DNA of 64,000 nt from Candidatus Bathyarchaeota archaeon (GCA_963827165.1 CAWGZR010000010.1:359516-423515); one strand, 5' to 3'. Counted from the stretch's first letter, positions 1-14,484 are shown. Notes: generated by a model from the sequence alone, not told the origin. A program made the numbers and translations.

Positions 1-124
1 TTCGCTCAGTTTTTTGGAGTTTTTGGCACGACGATTGATTTAGAAATATATCGAAAACAGAAATCAGGTTATTAAGGGAAAACGCTGAAACAGTGTAGTA
101 GAAGGAGAAAGGAGAAGGCGTTTC

Positions 125-472
125 ATGTTTAGGAGAAGAGAGTTAATTCCGAGTCTGCTCATTATTTTGATGGGCGCGTTGGACTGTTTAACCACCGTGA
201 TCGGGGTCACTTATGAGGGCGCAAAAGAATTGAACCCCGCCATGGCAGTTATAGTTGACAGCAACGTCGGCGCCTTCTTAATTGTCAAAATCTTCGCAAC
301 AGTATTCATAGCAATCACCTACATCTTCGCAAGGAAAATCCTCCAACAAATGCCCAACAAAAACGGCAAAACCTTCCTCTACTCTATCAAAGCCCTAACG
401 TTAGCTTACGCAGGTGTCGCAGCGTTCATCGCCTTAGCAGTCGTAAACAACCTCATAATCCTCATAAAATAA
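125..472 (+). CDS. Small multi-pass membrane protein (DUF5658-like)
   Basis: 115 aa hydrophobic ORF with 'LDCLTT..G....GAKELNP' motif; purine-rich RBS upstream. Confidence 0.7.
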   Translation: MFRRRELIPSLLIILMGALDCLTTVIGVTYEGAKELNPAMAVIVDSNVGAFLIVKIFATVFIAITYIFARKILQQMPNKNGKTFLYSIKALTLAYAGVAAFIALAVVNNLIILIK

Positions 473-1508
473 GCCCTCGAAGGGCCTGGTTTTTTCACAG
501 ACCATAATTTACTAGCTTTGCCAAGTCTTAACCCTCAAAAAAGCCTACAGGCAATCCGTCAGAAGAACTATCCGCCCTCTGCTTTGAAACAAAAAAACCT
601 TCATCATTTACCTGCTAAGAGCTAAAGAATGCACTATTTCTTCTAAGCCCTATGCGTGTTATGGATTTGCCGAAAAACCCCTTAGAAGGCAAAACCAACA
701 TGCAGCCAAAAAGAAACTGTTGCTAGTTCGGTTTTTGGTATGTCCAGCTGCAGCCTCAGCTGATGATGAAGACCACCAAAGACTACGGAGGGCAGAGACA
801 GCGTGTTTTCAAGCTGAGTTAAAGCTGTGCCTACACGCCCATCAATCCTAAGGAACATCTCTTTAAAAAGACCCGCACCCTCCCCCTCCGTGTCTCTGTG
901 TCTTTCGGAGGCGAGGGAACCAATTAAGTCAAAAAAGGGTTATGGAATTATGTTTTTTTTAGCACTTCGCTCTAATCTTGCGAGGGCCAAATCGAAGTTT
1001 GCTTCGGAGCGACCAAATCTTTTAAGACAGCCCTCAGTCCATCACTAACAACCACTTGCTTTTTCACGCTTAACTGAAAGGCAACTGGCTGCTTCTGGAG
1101 ACCCTCTCACCTCACTATAACCCCGTTATACCCCATGTTGCCTCAAAGTAGGCGTGGAAAAATGAGTAATTCAAAAACTAAAAGGCAAAACCAATATTCC
1201 CAAATTCGCCAGATTCCACGATTTAAACCCCAAATCTCAACCCTTTCACAAACAAGAAGCAAGGGGGCTCCCCCTAAAATTACTCAAAAATGAATAATTG
1301 AATAGCAAGAGGCAAGAATCCGCCAAGCTCAGGCACACAAAGCGAAGTTGATTATGAACGCAAGGCTTTTGGATTACTAACTATGTGTAAAATATTGATT
1401 AGAAAAACATAAATAAAATATCTAAGAACAATACATCTGGACGCGTTGGCAGCGAGTTAAGAAACGCTTAACTGTAGCTACCATCAATATAGCCTACAGA
1501 GAGAGAAA

Positions 1509-2027
1509 ATGAAATTCAGCCTATTCCACAAGCAGAAACAACCGCCTGCTCCTGAAGAAGAAGCAGCCGTGCCTCCTCCGGAAGAACCCAAAGAAGCCGA
1601 AGCTGTCACAGAGGAACCCAAACAGGAAGCAAATGCTCCAATCGAAACAGTTCCGATGGATTCCGCCCCTGCACAACAAACTATTTCACCTGAACTCGAA
1701 AAGAAGCCAGAAGCCGCTGAATCCCCAAGTAAAACTTTCCTCAAAGCTATGCCACTTAAAACTCTCGCCGACGTAGAAAACGTCAAAAACGAAGTCAAAA
1801 ACGGCAATATCATAATTCTGCGCGTAACCCCATTGGCGACCAAAAGCATTGACGATGTGAAGAACGCCGTCAACGAGCTTACCCAATTCGCCGAATCAAT
1901 AGGCGGCGACATCGCGCGATTAGGCGAGGAACGCGTAGTTATCTGCCCAAAAAACATCAGGATCTGGCGGGAAAAAACACCTGCTCCAAGCGACGCACTA
2001 CGCACAGCTGCGCCAACAGCAGCCTAA
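1509..2027 (+). CDS. sepF: Cell division protein SepF (archaeal type) with acidic/Pro-rich N-terminal linker
   Basis: C-terminal 'GNIIILRVTPL...VNELTQFAESIGGDIARLGEERVVICPKNIRI' is typical of the SepF/DUF552 domain. Confidence 0.8.
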   Translation: MKFSLFHKQKQPPAPEEEAAVPPPEEPKEAEAVTEEPKQEANAPIETVPMDSAPAQQTISPELEKKPEAAESPSKTFLKAMPLKTLADVENVKNEVKNGNIIILRVTPLATKSIDDVKNAVNELTQFAESIGGDIARLGEERVVICPKNIRIWREKTPAPSDALRTAAPTAA

Positions 2028-2334
2028 AAGTTTTCAACCGTAAGCAAATCTTATTTTCTTGTTTATCCCTCAAACACGAAGCCACAAAAATTTTTCATGG
2101 AAAATATGAAAAATGAGTGACAAGAGAATCTTCTCACGAGCTTTCGCGACTTAGTTGGAACTGATCGGCCGCCGTAACATTATTCATATTTTGGTGTGGC
2201 TGTGAAATCATTGTTCATAAGGTGCTGATGTGTACCTAATAGAAACTGTTACCAAGTAACCGATCTGCGTTGTTCGTCCGAACAGGTTAAAAGGAGCCAC
2301 GAGATAGAAATTCTGATAATTACCAAGGAAATGA

Positions 2335-3600
2335 ATGACGTTGCAGGTTCAATTTTTAGGCGGAGCACGAGAAGTTGGAAGGATGGGAATCGGGGTAAAC
2401 TCGGCAAAAACCCAGGTTATAGTCGACTACGGTGTTATACTTACGGAACCGCCCGGGTTCCCAATTCATATTCCTCCAAAGGACGTCAATGCCATTATTT
2501 TGACGCACAGCCATCTGGATCATTCAGGCGCAATTCCAATATATTACATTCATGGAGAAAAACCGCTCTACACAAACAGACTGAATTTAGAGTTGACCCA
2601 ACTCTTAATACAAGACTTCATTCACCACTCCGGCTACTTTTTGCCCTTTGAATATTTAGAACTAAAAGCCATGGTGGAATCCAACAATCATTCGGACTAT
2701 TTGGAAAAAAGAGAAGTGGGTGATATGACACTCCAACTGTTGAACGCCGGGCACACACCGGGAAGTTCACAGGTTCTCCTTGAGGCAGAGGGAAAACGTT
2801 TCCTCTACACAGGCGACTTCAGCACGTTAAACTCTAAACTCCTAGCAGGCGCCAACGTCGAAGAATGGGGAGAGTTAGACGCTATAGCCATAGAAAGCAC
2901 GTATGCAAACCAAGATCACCCAGAGCGCAATCAACTGGAGCAAGAGTTTCTCCAAGCAGCAACCGACATAGTTGAAATGGGAGGAATTGTACTTGTTCCG
3001 GCCTTCGGCGTCGGAAGAGCGCAAGAAATAGCATGTGTGCTCGCTGACCACCATTTTGAATACCCAGTATTCATGGACGGGATGGCTCGGGAAGCAAGCA
3101 GAATAATAATGAATCACCAAGAGTATTTGCGAGATCCTAAACTGTTCGTGAAAGCGATGCGTTCAGTGCAGTGGATTGAAGGGTGGAGGGACAGAAGAGA
3201 AGCAGCAAAGACACCCTCAGTGATACTCTCCCCATCTGGAATGCTAAAAGGGGGCCCATCGCAATACTACGTTTCCAAAATTGGTAAAAAAGCAAACAAC
3301 GCCATTTTTCTAGTGAGCTTCCAAGTTCCAGGCACGCCAGGAAGAACACTTTTAGATAAAGGCTTGTGCATAATCGACAGAAAAGTACGTAAAATAAAAG
3401 CAGATGTAAAGCATTTCGACTTTTCACCCCATTGTGGTGCAACTCAGCTTAAGGAATCGCTGGGAAAACTGAAAGGGCACCCAAAGGTCTTTGTTGTACA
3501 TGGAGAAGAAGAAAACTGTAAATTGTTGGCAAACTGGGTCGAATCTGAGCTCCATCTCGAAGCAACTGCACCGAAAACCGGAGACAAATTTGAAATATAG
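2335..3600 (+). CDS. MBL-fold beta-CASP ribonuclease without KH domains (aCPSF2-like)
   Basis: GGAREVGR, THSHLDHSG, AGHTPGS, YTGD, ESTY and VHGE motifs. Confidence 0.9.
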   Translation: MTLQVQFLGGAREVGRMGIGVNSAKTQVIVDYGVILTEPPGFPIHIPPKDVNAIILTHSHLDHSGAIPIYYIHGEKPLYTNRLNLELTQLLIQDFIHHSGYFLPFEYLELKAMVESNNHSDYLEKREVGDMTLQLLNAGHTPGSSQVLLEAEGKRFLYTGDFSTLNSKLLAGANVEEWGELDAIAIESTYANQDHPERNQLEQEFLQAATDIVEMGGIVLVPAFGVGRAQEIACVLADHHFEYPVFMDGMAREASRIIMNHQEYLRDPKLFVKAMRSVQWIEGWRDRREAAKTPSVILSPSGMLKGGPSQYYVSKIGKKANNAIFLVSFQVPGTPGRTLLDKGLCIIDRKVRKIKADVKHFDFSPHCGATQLKESLGKLKGHPKVFVVHGEEENCKLLANWVESELHLEATAPKTGDKFEI

Positions 3601-3683
3601 AGAAGAACTAACGCCGGCTCAACCAACTAACAGGGACCCATTTTTTAACTTAGATAGACTGGCTGCAGCAACTTTTCCACGGT

Positions 3684-5609
3684 TTAGACTAGCCGGTAGG
3701 TTTCTAGGAGGCTTGGAACGACGGTGTCGATTCCGCCTTTGTCACGAATGAAGTTGGCCATGTCGTATGTTCGGGATTTTTCGCCGTGGCATATAAAGAT
3801 TCTTTCGGGTTTAGGGGCAAGATGGGTTAAATAGTTTACCAGCTGCCTTCGGTCAGAGTGCCCGGAAAAGCCCTCGACTGTTTCGGAGCCCATTTTAATC
3901 GGTATCACAACCAGTTTTCCTTCGTTGTCCATAACGGTGATGTCGTTTACGCCTTTCTGTATCCTTTTTCCCATTGTTCCCTCAGCTTGGTAGGTGACGA
4001 AAATCATCATGTTGTTCGGGTCTCCTGCCCAGCTCTTAAAGTATTCAATCACGGGTCCGCCTTCAAGCATTCCTGAAGTGGCAAGCACAATACAAGGTTG
4101 GCCGTCAATTATACTCTGCCTCTGACTCGGATGATCCACGATCGTAAAGTAATCAGATTGAAACGGGTTTATACCTTCATGAAGAATACGGTGACGAAGC
4201 TCTCTACCCAAATACTCTGGGTAAGCCGTATGAATCGCAGTAGCCTCAGAAATCATCCCTTCAATGAAAACCGGAGCCTCTTTCAACAACCCGCGCCTCA
4301 TATACCCGTCAATAATAAGCAGCAGTTCCTGAGCTCTTCCAACCGCCGCCACTGGAATGAGGACTTTGCCTTTCCGCTCCAAAGTCGCATTGATAATCCT
4401 AACCAAGTGCTCCTCAGCTTCAACTCGAGAAGGCAATACGTTGGATGAGCCACCATAAGTGCTTTCGGTAACTACTGTTTCAATCCGCGGAAACTCTGTT
4501 GCTGCCGCTTCAAGAAGCATTGTGCGGGCAAACTTGTAGTCGCCTGTGTAAAGCAGATTGTGCAAGCCTTCGCCGACATGAATGTGAGCCATGGCTGATC
4601 CCAAAACGTGTCCAGCGTTATGCAGAGTCAAACGTATATCCGGAGCTATGTCGGTTACAACGCCGAAGCGCAAAGGTATTGTATGAAGAACACATTCGCG
4701 AACATCCTTCTGATCATACTGGGGCGGGACACCTTGCATCCTTGCAACATCAAGATAGTCCAATTGAAGCATCGTCATAAGGTTGGAAGTTGGAGCTGTA
4801 CAGTAAACGGGTCCGTCATAGCCATACTTAAATAGAAAAGGAATGTAGCCGCAATGATCCAAGTGAGCGTGGCTAACAACCACGGCATCTAGGGAATCTA
4901 TTTCAAATAGTGCGTCATCAAGACGCGGAAAAGATTCGAAGGGACCTTGCGAACCCGGTTTCGTTCCGCAGTCAAGCAGAACACTGCTTTCTCTGGTTTT
5001 GAGAAGCCAGGATGACCGCCCTACCTCGAGGGCGCCTCCAAGCGCTGTCAAAGTGACGTCTCCGATTTCCCAAACGCGAGGCCTAAAAATCTTCTCTCCT
5101 ACGGTGCGCAGAACTCTTTCCCGTTCTTTGCTTTCCGAATGCATGTAATGGCGCATGTGAGTGACAATCTTAGATTTGATTGGCGGACTCCGCAATACAT
5201 GAGGGCGCCACTTTGTCCTTTTGATTATGTCCTGCAAAACCGCGCCGTTTCGGCCGATAACCAAACCGGGCTTCTTAGTTTCAATTATTATTTCGCCAAG
5301 GCTTGGGTCGAAGTTTATGTCGGTTACTTCGGCTTCTTCGGGAATTAGTTCCCGCGCGATTTTTTCTGCCTCAACCTCTTGCATTCTTACCGAGGGGTCA
5401 GGTCTAATGACGATTCTTTTGCGGATTACGCCAACGATTTCAGCCACTATGCTGCTTTGTTCGACCAAAATCTCGGGTTTTTTGGTGTAAACAGCCAACA
5501 TGGGCCCTTCATATTCTATTCTGGTTACTTCTACTTCTCTTGGAACTTTCTGCAAAATATATTGACTAATTTCTATTTTATCTCGATCTTTTTCTTGAGT
5601 TCTCGCCAA
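3684..5609 (-). CDS. fttA: KH-domain beta-CASP ribonuclease aCPSF1 / transcription termination factor FttA
   Basis: 641 aa; N-terminal KH domains (KKPGLVIGRNG), SHAHLDHCG, GFSGHSDR, CHGE; conserved adjacency to psmB; TTG start. Confidence 0.95.
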   Translation of the reverse strand: MARTQEKDRDKIEISQYILQKVPREVEVTRIEYEGPMLAVYTKKPEILVEQSSIVAEIVGVIRKRIVIRPDPSVRMQEVEAEKIARELIPEEAEVTDINFDPSLGEIIIETKKPGLVIGRNGAVLQDIIKRTKWRPHVLRSPPIKSKIVTHMRHYMHSESKERERVLRTVGEKIFRPRVWEIGDVTLTALGGALEVGRSSWLLKTRESSVLLDCGTKPGSQGPFESFPRLDDALFEIDSLDAVVVSHAHLDHCGYIPFLFKYGYDGPVYCTAPTSNLMTMLQLDYLDVARMQGVPPQYDQKDVRECVLHTIPLRFGVVTDIAPDIRLTLHNAGHVLGSAMAHIHVGEGLHNLLYTGDYKFARTMLLEAAATEFPRIETVVTESTYGGSSNVLPSRVEAEEHLVRIINATLERKGKVLIPVAAVGRAQELLLIIDGYMRRGLLKEAPVFIEGMISEATAIHTAYPEYLGRELRHRILHEGINPFQSDYFTIVDHPSQRQSIIDGQPCIVLATSGMLEGGPVIEYFKSWAGDPNNMMIFVTYQAEGTMGKRIQKGVNDITVMDNEGKLVVIPIKMGSETVEGFSGHSDRRQLVNYLTHLAPKPERIFICHGEKSRTYDMANFIRDKGGIDTVVPSLLETYRLV

Positions 5610-5613
5610 AAAT

Positions 5614-6258
5614 TTAACTTCCTGCTTTGAGAAGAGCGGATTTTTCGTCGTCAGATAATTCGCGGTATCCGTTCTTGTCGATTACAGTGATATTGTAGTT
5701 GTTGCCGCTTGCAACATCCCGTTTCATAGCCGCGTTAACCGCCTTAACTATAATGGGTGCCAACTCAGCGATCGTCATGCCTTCATGGTACTGGTCCTCA
5801 AGTATACCGTAAGCGATGGGGGAACCTGAACCTGTGGAAACTGATTTTTCCTCCGTTAAGCTGCCGTATGGATCTAGATTGAAAACGTGTGGTCCGGTGT
5901 CGTCTACGCCGCCGACTAGAACTTGTGTTGCCAATGGAACGTAACGCGCTGAAAAAAGCAGGTTTGCCACGAGCCTTGCAGCCGTCGCAACGGGCATGGG
6001 CCTGTTTAGGTTTATTTTGTAGAGCTGCGCGTTCGCGGTGAGTATGTCAACGACTTTTTGGGCGTCTGCCACGGTCCCGGCAATTGTCATTCCAAGGTGG
6101 TCGTCTATTTTGTAGACTTTCTTGCCGAATTTATGTGCCACGTAGAAACCCATGGTTACGCGGGTGTCAGATGCTAAAATCACGCCGTCCTTGCAGACGA
6201 CGCCAATCGTAGTTGTTCCTTTGAGAACTAACTGGCTAGCATTATTATTTTGTGACAT
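5614..6258 (-). CDS. psmB: Proteasome beta subunit
   Basis: Propeptide followed by G|TTTIG catalytic Thr, ASDTR, STGSGS; ATG at 6258 preferred as start. Confidence 0.95.
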   Translation of the reverse strand: MSQNNNASQLVLKGTTTIGVVCKDGVILASDTRVTMGFYVAHKFGKKVYKIDDHLGMTIAGTVADAQKVVDILTANAQLYKINLNRPMPVATAARLVANLLFSARYVPLATQVLVGGVDDTGPHVFNLDPYGSLTEEKSVSTGSGSPIAYGILEDQYHEGMTIAELAPIIVKAVNAAMKRDVASGNNYNITVIDKNGYRELSDDEKSALLKAGS

Positions 6259-6670
6259 AGTTTTGTGCTCCCCTAAAACTCCGTTTAAGCGGATTGCCAT
6301 CCACTAGGAAGTAGCATGATGTAATCTTTCCGTGAACTTAATTAATATTTCGCATCCCAGTCCGGGTACCTTGTCAAGATTTTCTAAAGAATGACCTTTC
6401 TCCGTTAACTGCCGGGACAGAACATTCTTTCTTGATATGGCAAACCGTCACCTACGCCACCAAGTCGTGCATAATCTAATTGTCTCGCGATATTTCGGTT
6501 TCATTGAACCTTCATTATTTGGCGCAATACTTCATCTATTGTTTGCTTTTGCTGGTTAAACGTTTGGTTGGTTGTTGTAGTGGCGTGACTACAGCACGGT
6601 TTTATATCTTTAATCGTCACTCTTAAGATACAGAGAAGTTGGGGTTCTGAAACCCCCGGAGAGATAAGTT

Positions 6671-7000
6671 TTGACAATTTTGAACAGAAAAATATGTCGC
6701 GGTCCCATTCTCGAAAGCATTTTTCTCGACCTAATAAACAATGCATCAGACCACGGGATACACGGCTACGCCATCTTCAAAACAGTGCAAAAAAAATTCG
6801 GCATACGGTTAGCTCCTTCAACCTTGTACCCTGAACTCCAACATTTAGAGAAAAGAGGACTCATAGAGTCAAGATGGGACTTCAAAGAAGGGAAAGCCCG
6901 CAGAGAGTACAGCATTACGCGGAAAGGGCAAGCCGAACTAAGGGAATATTCTTTGGGGCTACGAGCAATCATCCCAGCAGGAATCACCTGCAAAATGTAA
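6671..7000 (+). CDS. PadR-family transcriptional regulator
   Basis: 'HGYAI...STLYPELQHLEKRGLIESRW...RREYSITRKG'. Confidence 0.9.
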   Translation: MTILNRKICRGPILESIFLDLINNASDHGIHGYAIFKTVQKKFGIRLAPSTLYPELQHLEKRGLIESRWDFKEGKARREYSITRKGQAELREYSLGLRAIIPAGITCKM

Positions 7001-7117
7001 GTGCGCCTTGCTGGTTGCAGGCACCGTCCTCCATCTGGCACATCATAGAAAAGTCTAAGCGAAGTCGTAAGCCGAGACGAATTCGGCAAAAAGTATGAGG
7101 CATTAGAAAGCGGAAGG

Positions 7118-8242
7118 CTAAATCAGCGTTTTCTGCTTTCCGCTTGAGACTAAACTTGAAACCCGAACGCCGATTAGCCTGATTTTTCTGTCTCTTCTCA
7201 GGTAGCCGGCGACAAGTTCCCGCTCTGTTTTTTGCAGGTCGCGGATCCGGTTGGTCAAGAAGGGGAGGGTGTGACTTTTGGTATGGGTTTCGAAGTTTTG
7301 GTAGCGGATTTTTAGCGTGACGGTTTTGAAGAGGAGATGTTGGTTTTCAATTTCCTTGATGACATTGATACATAGGCCATCCAACGCTTTTAGGATGACC
7401 ACGGAATCGGCTGTGTCTTCTTCGAAGGTCGTTTCGTGGCTTGTGCTTTTGATGCCTTCGCGTTCTTCAACCGGGCTTTCATCTAAACCTCTCGCCATAA
7501 GGTGAAGCTGCCAACCCATCACTCCGAACATAGACTTTAAAGCTTCAGCATCGAAGTTGGCTAAGTCACCGATCGTGTTCACTCCAAGTGCTTTGAGTTT
7601 CGCCTCGGTTTTTCGGCCCACCCAAAGTAGCTTGCGAACGGGCAGCGGCGCTAGAAAGAACTCTGCTTCCTCTTCTCGCACCACAGTTAATCCGTCGGGT
7701 TTCTGGTAGTCGCTTGCTACCTTAGCGATAAGTTTGTTGGGTCCGACGCCGAGGGTTCCGGTTAAACCTGTTTTCTGCTTGATTTCTTGCTTAATACGCC
7801 TAGCCAAAGCTTCAGCCTCAACGAAATCCATGACCCTTCCCGAAACCTCCAAAAAAGCTTCGTCGATGCCCCACTGCTCAAACTTATCAGCATAGCTACG
7901 GGCGATCTGCATTATTTCGTCTGAAACCCTAACATAGAGCGGGAAATTCGGTGGAAGATATACACCTTCTGGGCACAAACGCCAAGCTTGAGATATGGGC
8001 ATACCTGAGCGGACGCCGACTTTTCGTGCTTCGTAGTTGCTTGTGCTAACGACGCCCCTGCCTTTGCCAGCTTTAGGATCGGCGCCGACTATGACGGGTT
8101 TGCCTTGGATTTCAGGTCGCTCGCGTTCTTCAACCGCCGTATAAAAGTGATCCATGTCAAGGTGGAAGATAATGCGTCCTTTATCAGCCAAGGTTACCAA
8201 GCGAAAAGGGGTATCTCCAAATTTGAACTTATCGAAAACCAT
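7118..8242 (-). CDS. dinB: Y-family DNA polymerase IV
   Basis: FHLDMDHFYTAVE, SNYEARKVGVRSGMP, GIDEAFL, NKLIAKVASDYQKPDG; exact start uncertain. Confidence 0.95.
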   Translation of the reverse strand: MVFDKFKFGDTPFRLVTLADKGRIIFHLDMDHFYTAVEERERPEIQGKPVIVGADPKAGKGRGVVSTSNYEARKVGVRSGMPISQAWRLCPEGVYLPPNFPLYVRVSDEIMQIARSYADKFEQWGIDEAFLEVSGRVMDFVEAEALARRIKQEIKQKTGLTGTLGVGPNKLIAKVASDYQKPDGLTVVREEEAEFFLAPLPVRKLLWVGRKTEAKLKALGVNTIGDLANFDAEALKSMFGVMGWQLHLMARGLDESPVEEREGIKSTSHETTFEEDTADSVVILKALDGLCINVIKEIENQHLLFKTVTLKIRYQNFETHTKSHTLPFLTNRIRDLQKTERELVAGYLRRDRKIRLIGVRVSSLVSSGKQKTLI

Positions 8243-8418
8243 AGGAGCCCTGCGGCCATTTGGGCCGCCTATCCTTAGGGTCCACAGGGCGCCATCGCTG
8301 ACAAGAGCGGTTTAATGCGTAATAAATTAGCTAAATCTCTTTTTAGCTCGCTGCAAGGCTTTTGGCTTGGCGTGAGTTACGCTTTAAACCAAAAAATATC
8401 AGAAAGCAACAGAGTTCG

Positions 8419-8498
8419 CCATGCACAGACCAAACAAGAAGAACGCGCATTCCACGCCGACAAGTGCCTCACTCAAATATCGCTCAAACACCACTTAG
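8419..8498 (-). other. 3' arm of the 23S pre-rRNA processing stem
   Basis: Complementary to 11521-11613 (ccatgcacagaccaaacaagaagaa vs ttcttcttgtttggcctatgcatgg; caaacaccac vs gtggtgtttg); contains two 3-nt bulges around a 4-position helix (BHB-like, one mismatch). Confidence 0.8.
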
Positions 8499-8504
8499 AG
8501 GGCA

Positions 8505-11515
<3,011 letters not shown>

Positions 11516-11520
11516 GGCCA

Positions 11521-11613
11521 TAGGTGGTGTTTGTTTGGCGTTTGGTGAAATCACTTATCGTATATTATTCGTGTTGTTGCGTCGTTGCTTCTTCTTGTTT
11601 GGCCTATGCATGG
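11521..11613 (-). other. 5' arm of the 23S pre-rRNA processing stem
   Basis: Pairs with 8419-8498. Confidence 0.8.
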
Positions 11614-11741
11614 TGTCATTTTGATCTTCGCGCGTGTCTTGGCGAAGCCAATCACCCTTCACTCCTCATCGATGACGGTGGGGAGTTGCATCTTGCTAAT
11701 GGTATAACCCATGTTGCTAAGTTCAGTTAAAAGCGGCTATC

Positions 11742-11916
11742 GCAAATATAAGGATTGTGTTGGCGGCAGATTAAGGTTTATTGAAGCTTGGTTTGGCGCT
11801 TCAAGGGGGTTTTGTTGTTTGCTTGCATGTTTTTTCACGTTCGTCTTAGTTTGGGTTAATGTGCCCGGCTTATGACGTCGGGAAGATAAGTTTAGGCGCA
11901 GTTTGCAAATATAAGG
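11742..11916 (-). promoter_or_regulatory. Putative tandem rRNA promoters
   Basis: Identical 12-mer gcaaatataagg (CCTTATATTTGC on minus strand, TATA-like) at 11742 and 11905 upstream of the 23S leader. Confidence 0.5.
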
Positions 11917-12486
11917 GTGACGGCATGGCTGAAACAGAAACATGGGTTTTTGTCCCAAATAAAACATTCTTTATTTTTGGTTCGTTCTTAGCAGTGAATG
12001 CATCTCATTCCCATTTTAGGCAGAGCGAGCAATTTTTTTTCTTTGTGTTTTGGGTTGCTTTTCTGCAAAGAGACTTAGATCATCTGCAGCATCCGTCCTC
12101 AATAGTCTACGATGGTCTACCAAAGTCAACTAATGGCCCTTACCGTCTTAAGTCCAAGACGTCCACCAAAGTCAATTAACAGATTTAAAACTCTCAAAAA
12201 TTGGAACGATTCAAGAAAAAGTAGACACAAAATGTTTGGTATGAACAGAGAAGCAAGGTGTAAAAACGTGGTATTTTTTAACTGCAGATTTTTTTCTTTG
12301 AAATGGGTTTCTTTTTTGGTTTGGGGCTTGATTGCGTTGCAACTATTCTCCAAAAACATCTTAAAACATCTCAAAAGATCGCTTGAAGAAAATGTGGAGC
12401 AGGAGCGGATGAAGTTTTCGGCAGGAAATTTTTTGCTTTGTGTTTTAGATTGCTTTTTTTAGGACTTAATTGGTTAGGTTGCGTAC

Positions 12487-12680
12487 AAAAAGTCATAAAC
12501 GTATACAACGTCATAGAAAGTCATGAAACATCGCCAAACTCATAAAGTCATAAGACGTCACTAAACGTCTACAAAAAACAATTGGTGGCCACCTCTCCCT
12601 TAACGTAGAAGTCAAAGATCGTGACGAAAAACAAACCCCAGAAGATTTTCCTGAAAAGGGGTCTGCAGCTTTTAGACCCA
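12487..12680. repeat. Non-coding element copy 1: degenerate 9-10 bp AA(A/C)GTC repeats plus conserved ~80 bp tail
   Basis: aaagtcata/aacgtcata-type units, then cttaacgtagaagtcaaagatcgtgacgaaaa, similar to 23912-23945. Confidence 0.6.
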
Positions 12681-12901
12681 AGCAGTCCTCGAGAGTCGAT
12701 AAAAACGTCTAAGGTTCAACTCAGGCATCTCGTCAGAAGGGGAGCGTCAAAATTGGTCAATATAATGCAAACGTCGAGTGGTTACATTCCGAATCGACGC
12801 TACAATGGAGATTAATCTGAACCGAGTAGCTACTTGGCAAAAGCTAATTACTTGCCTGCCCAATTAATCTCTCAACTTAGTTCAGCAGCCGATGTGTTAG
12901 T

Positions 12902-13858
12902 TTGGGCAAACTCAAATTCGGCGTGTTCCTTCCGTTCTATGCGTTCCCGAAAGACCAAGCCGAAACTTTCAGCCTAATCCGAGAGCGTTGTTTTGGAGTG
13001 TGAGCGTTTAGGTTATGATTCGGTTTGGCTTGATGATCATTTGATGTATAGTGACTGGCCGATTCTTGAGTCTTGGACAACACTGTCCGCGCTGTCCGCC
13101 CTAGACCAGCAGGGTGCGGCTTGGAACCATGGTTTCCTGCGTGGCACATCGCAACCCTGCGTTGTTGGCGAAGGCGGCGGCGACCCTTGACGTGGTTTCA
13201 GGCGGCAGGTTGGAGTTTGGGGTGGGCGCTGGAATCGGGATGGCTGAGCATGCCGCTTATGGGTTTGATTTTCCCAAGCCAGCGGTACGGATTGAGCACT
13301 TATGCGAGTCTTTAGAAGTGATTAAGCGGCTGTGGACTCCGGATAGGGCAAACTTTGAGGGAAAATATTTCCCTCTTAAAGATGCGGTTTGCCTTCCTAA
13401 GCCCGTACAGAAACCTCACCCGCCAATAACCGTGGGAGGCAGCGGCGATTTATTGCTGCGGAAAGCGACTGCTCGCTTTGCTGACAGGTTCGACTTTGGA
13501 TTTTTACCGTCCATTGAGCTTTTCAGGCGAAAGCTTGGGGTTTTAGAGAAAGCATGCAAACGATTGGCAGGGATTTCGGCGAGATTGAGAAGTCCTGCTG
13601 GCCTGGCGGACAAGTAATCCTAGCCAAGAACGAGAAAGAGTTGCAGGAAAAGATTGACCAAGAAAAATGTTTTGGGTTTAAGCCTTGGAAGAGTTTAAGC
13701 AGGTTAATTTGACGGGTACACCAGCGCAGATTGTTGAGCAACTGCAGGTTTACGTGGATTTGGGCGTGACGTATTTTATGCTTTACTTTTCCGATTTGCC
13801 GCGGGTTGACGGGTTGAAGCTTTTCGCGGAATCCGTCGTCAAGTCAGATGAGCGATAG
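12902..13858 (+). pseudogene. LLM-class (luciferase-like, probably F420-dependent) oxidoreductase, split by several frameshifts
   Basis: Fragments 'KFGVFLP', 'ERLGYDSVWLDDHL', 'RNPALLAKAAATLDVVSGGRLEFGVGAG', 'PKPVQKPHPPITVGG' in different frames; may be assembly indels. Confidence 0.8.
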
Positions 13859-14210
13859 TTAAAGGTCGCCTCTTGCGATGTGAGTGAAGTTCGTGTAGGA
13901 TGATTTCATCGATTTGATGGAAGGGTTTTTCTCGTACAAGGATAATGTATTGGGCTTCTTCGTTTTCGCGGGCGTTAAAGACGCAGGCGTCGGTGCCCTT
14001 GGTTGAGAGGATTCTGCCCCACTCCTCAATTTCGCGCATGTCATCTTCAAAGCAATGACGCTGCTTGATAACGCTGTTGAAGTCTTTGTCGCTAAGCCTA
14101 AGAGCCTTGATTTTAGGCAGCGGCTTGCTGGACAGAGTTTTCCATGCTTTAACTATTTTGTTCCCATGAATCCGCTTAGCTTTCACGTCCATGCCTTCAA
14201 CCATAACCAT
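13859..14210 (-). CDS. Hypothetical protein with probable C-terminal HExxH motif (frameshifted)
   Basis: Joining 'EIILHEL' with 'THIARGDL*' in the adjacent frame gives HELTH; start uncertain. Confidence 0.5.
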
Positions 14211-14484
14211 AAGAAACACGCAACCAGCCCCGCCCCGCAAAATAAACATAACGCATACGGCGAAGACTCAAAAAACTAAGTGCTTTTGGCGTAAAAAATA
14301 TTTGCAGTAGTGAGGTTACAACCACAACACGCCTATCTAGATGGACTTCAGTCTGAGCCCAGCCTGTAAGAACCAATTTTCCATGAAATAAGCCTTGAAA
14401 AACCGTTTCAAACCCTGTGTCAGTTTCGTTTCAGGCAACTATCTTACCATTCGGAAGCGTATAGGTATGTTGAGGTGAAAGTGA

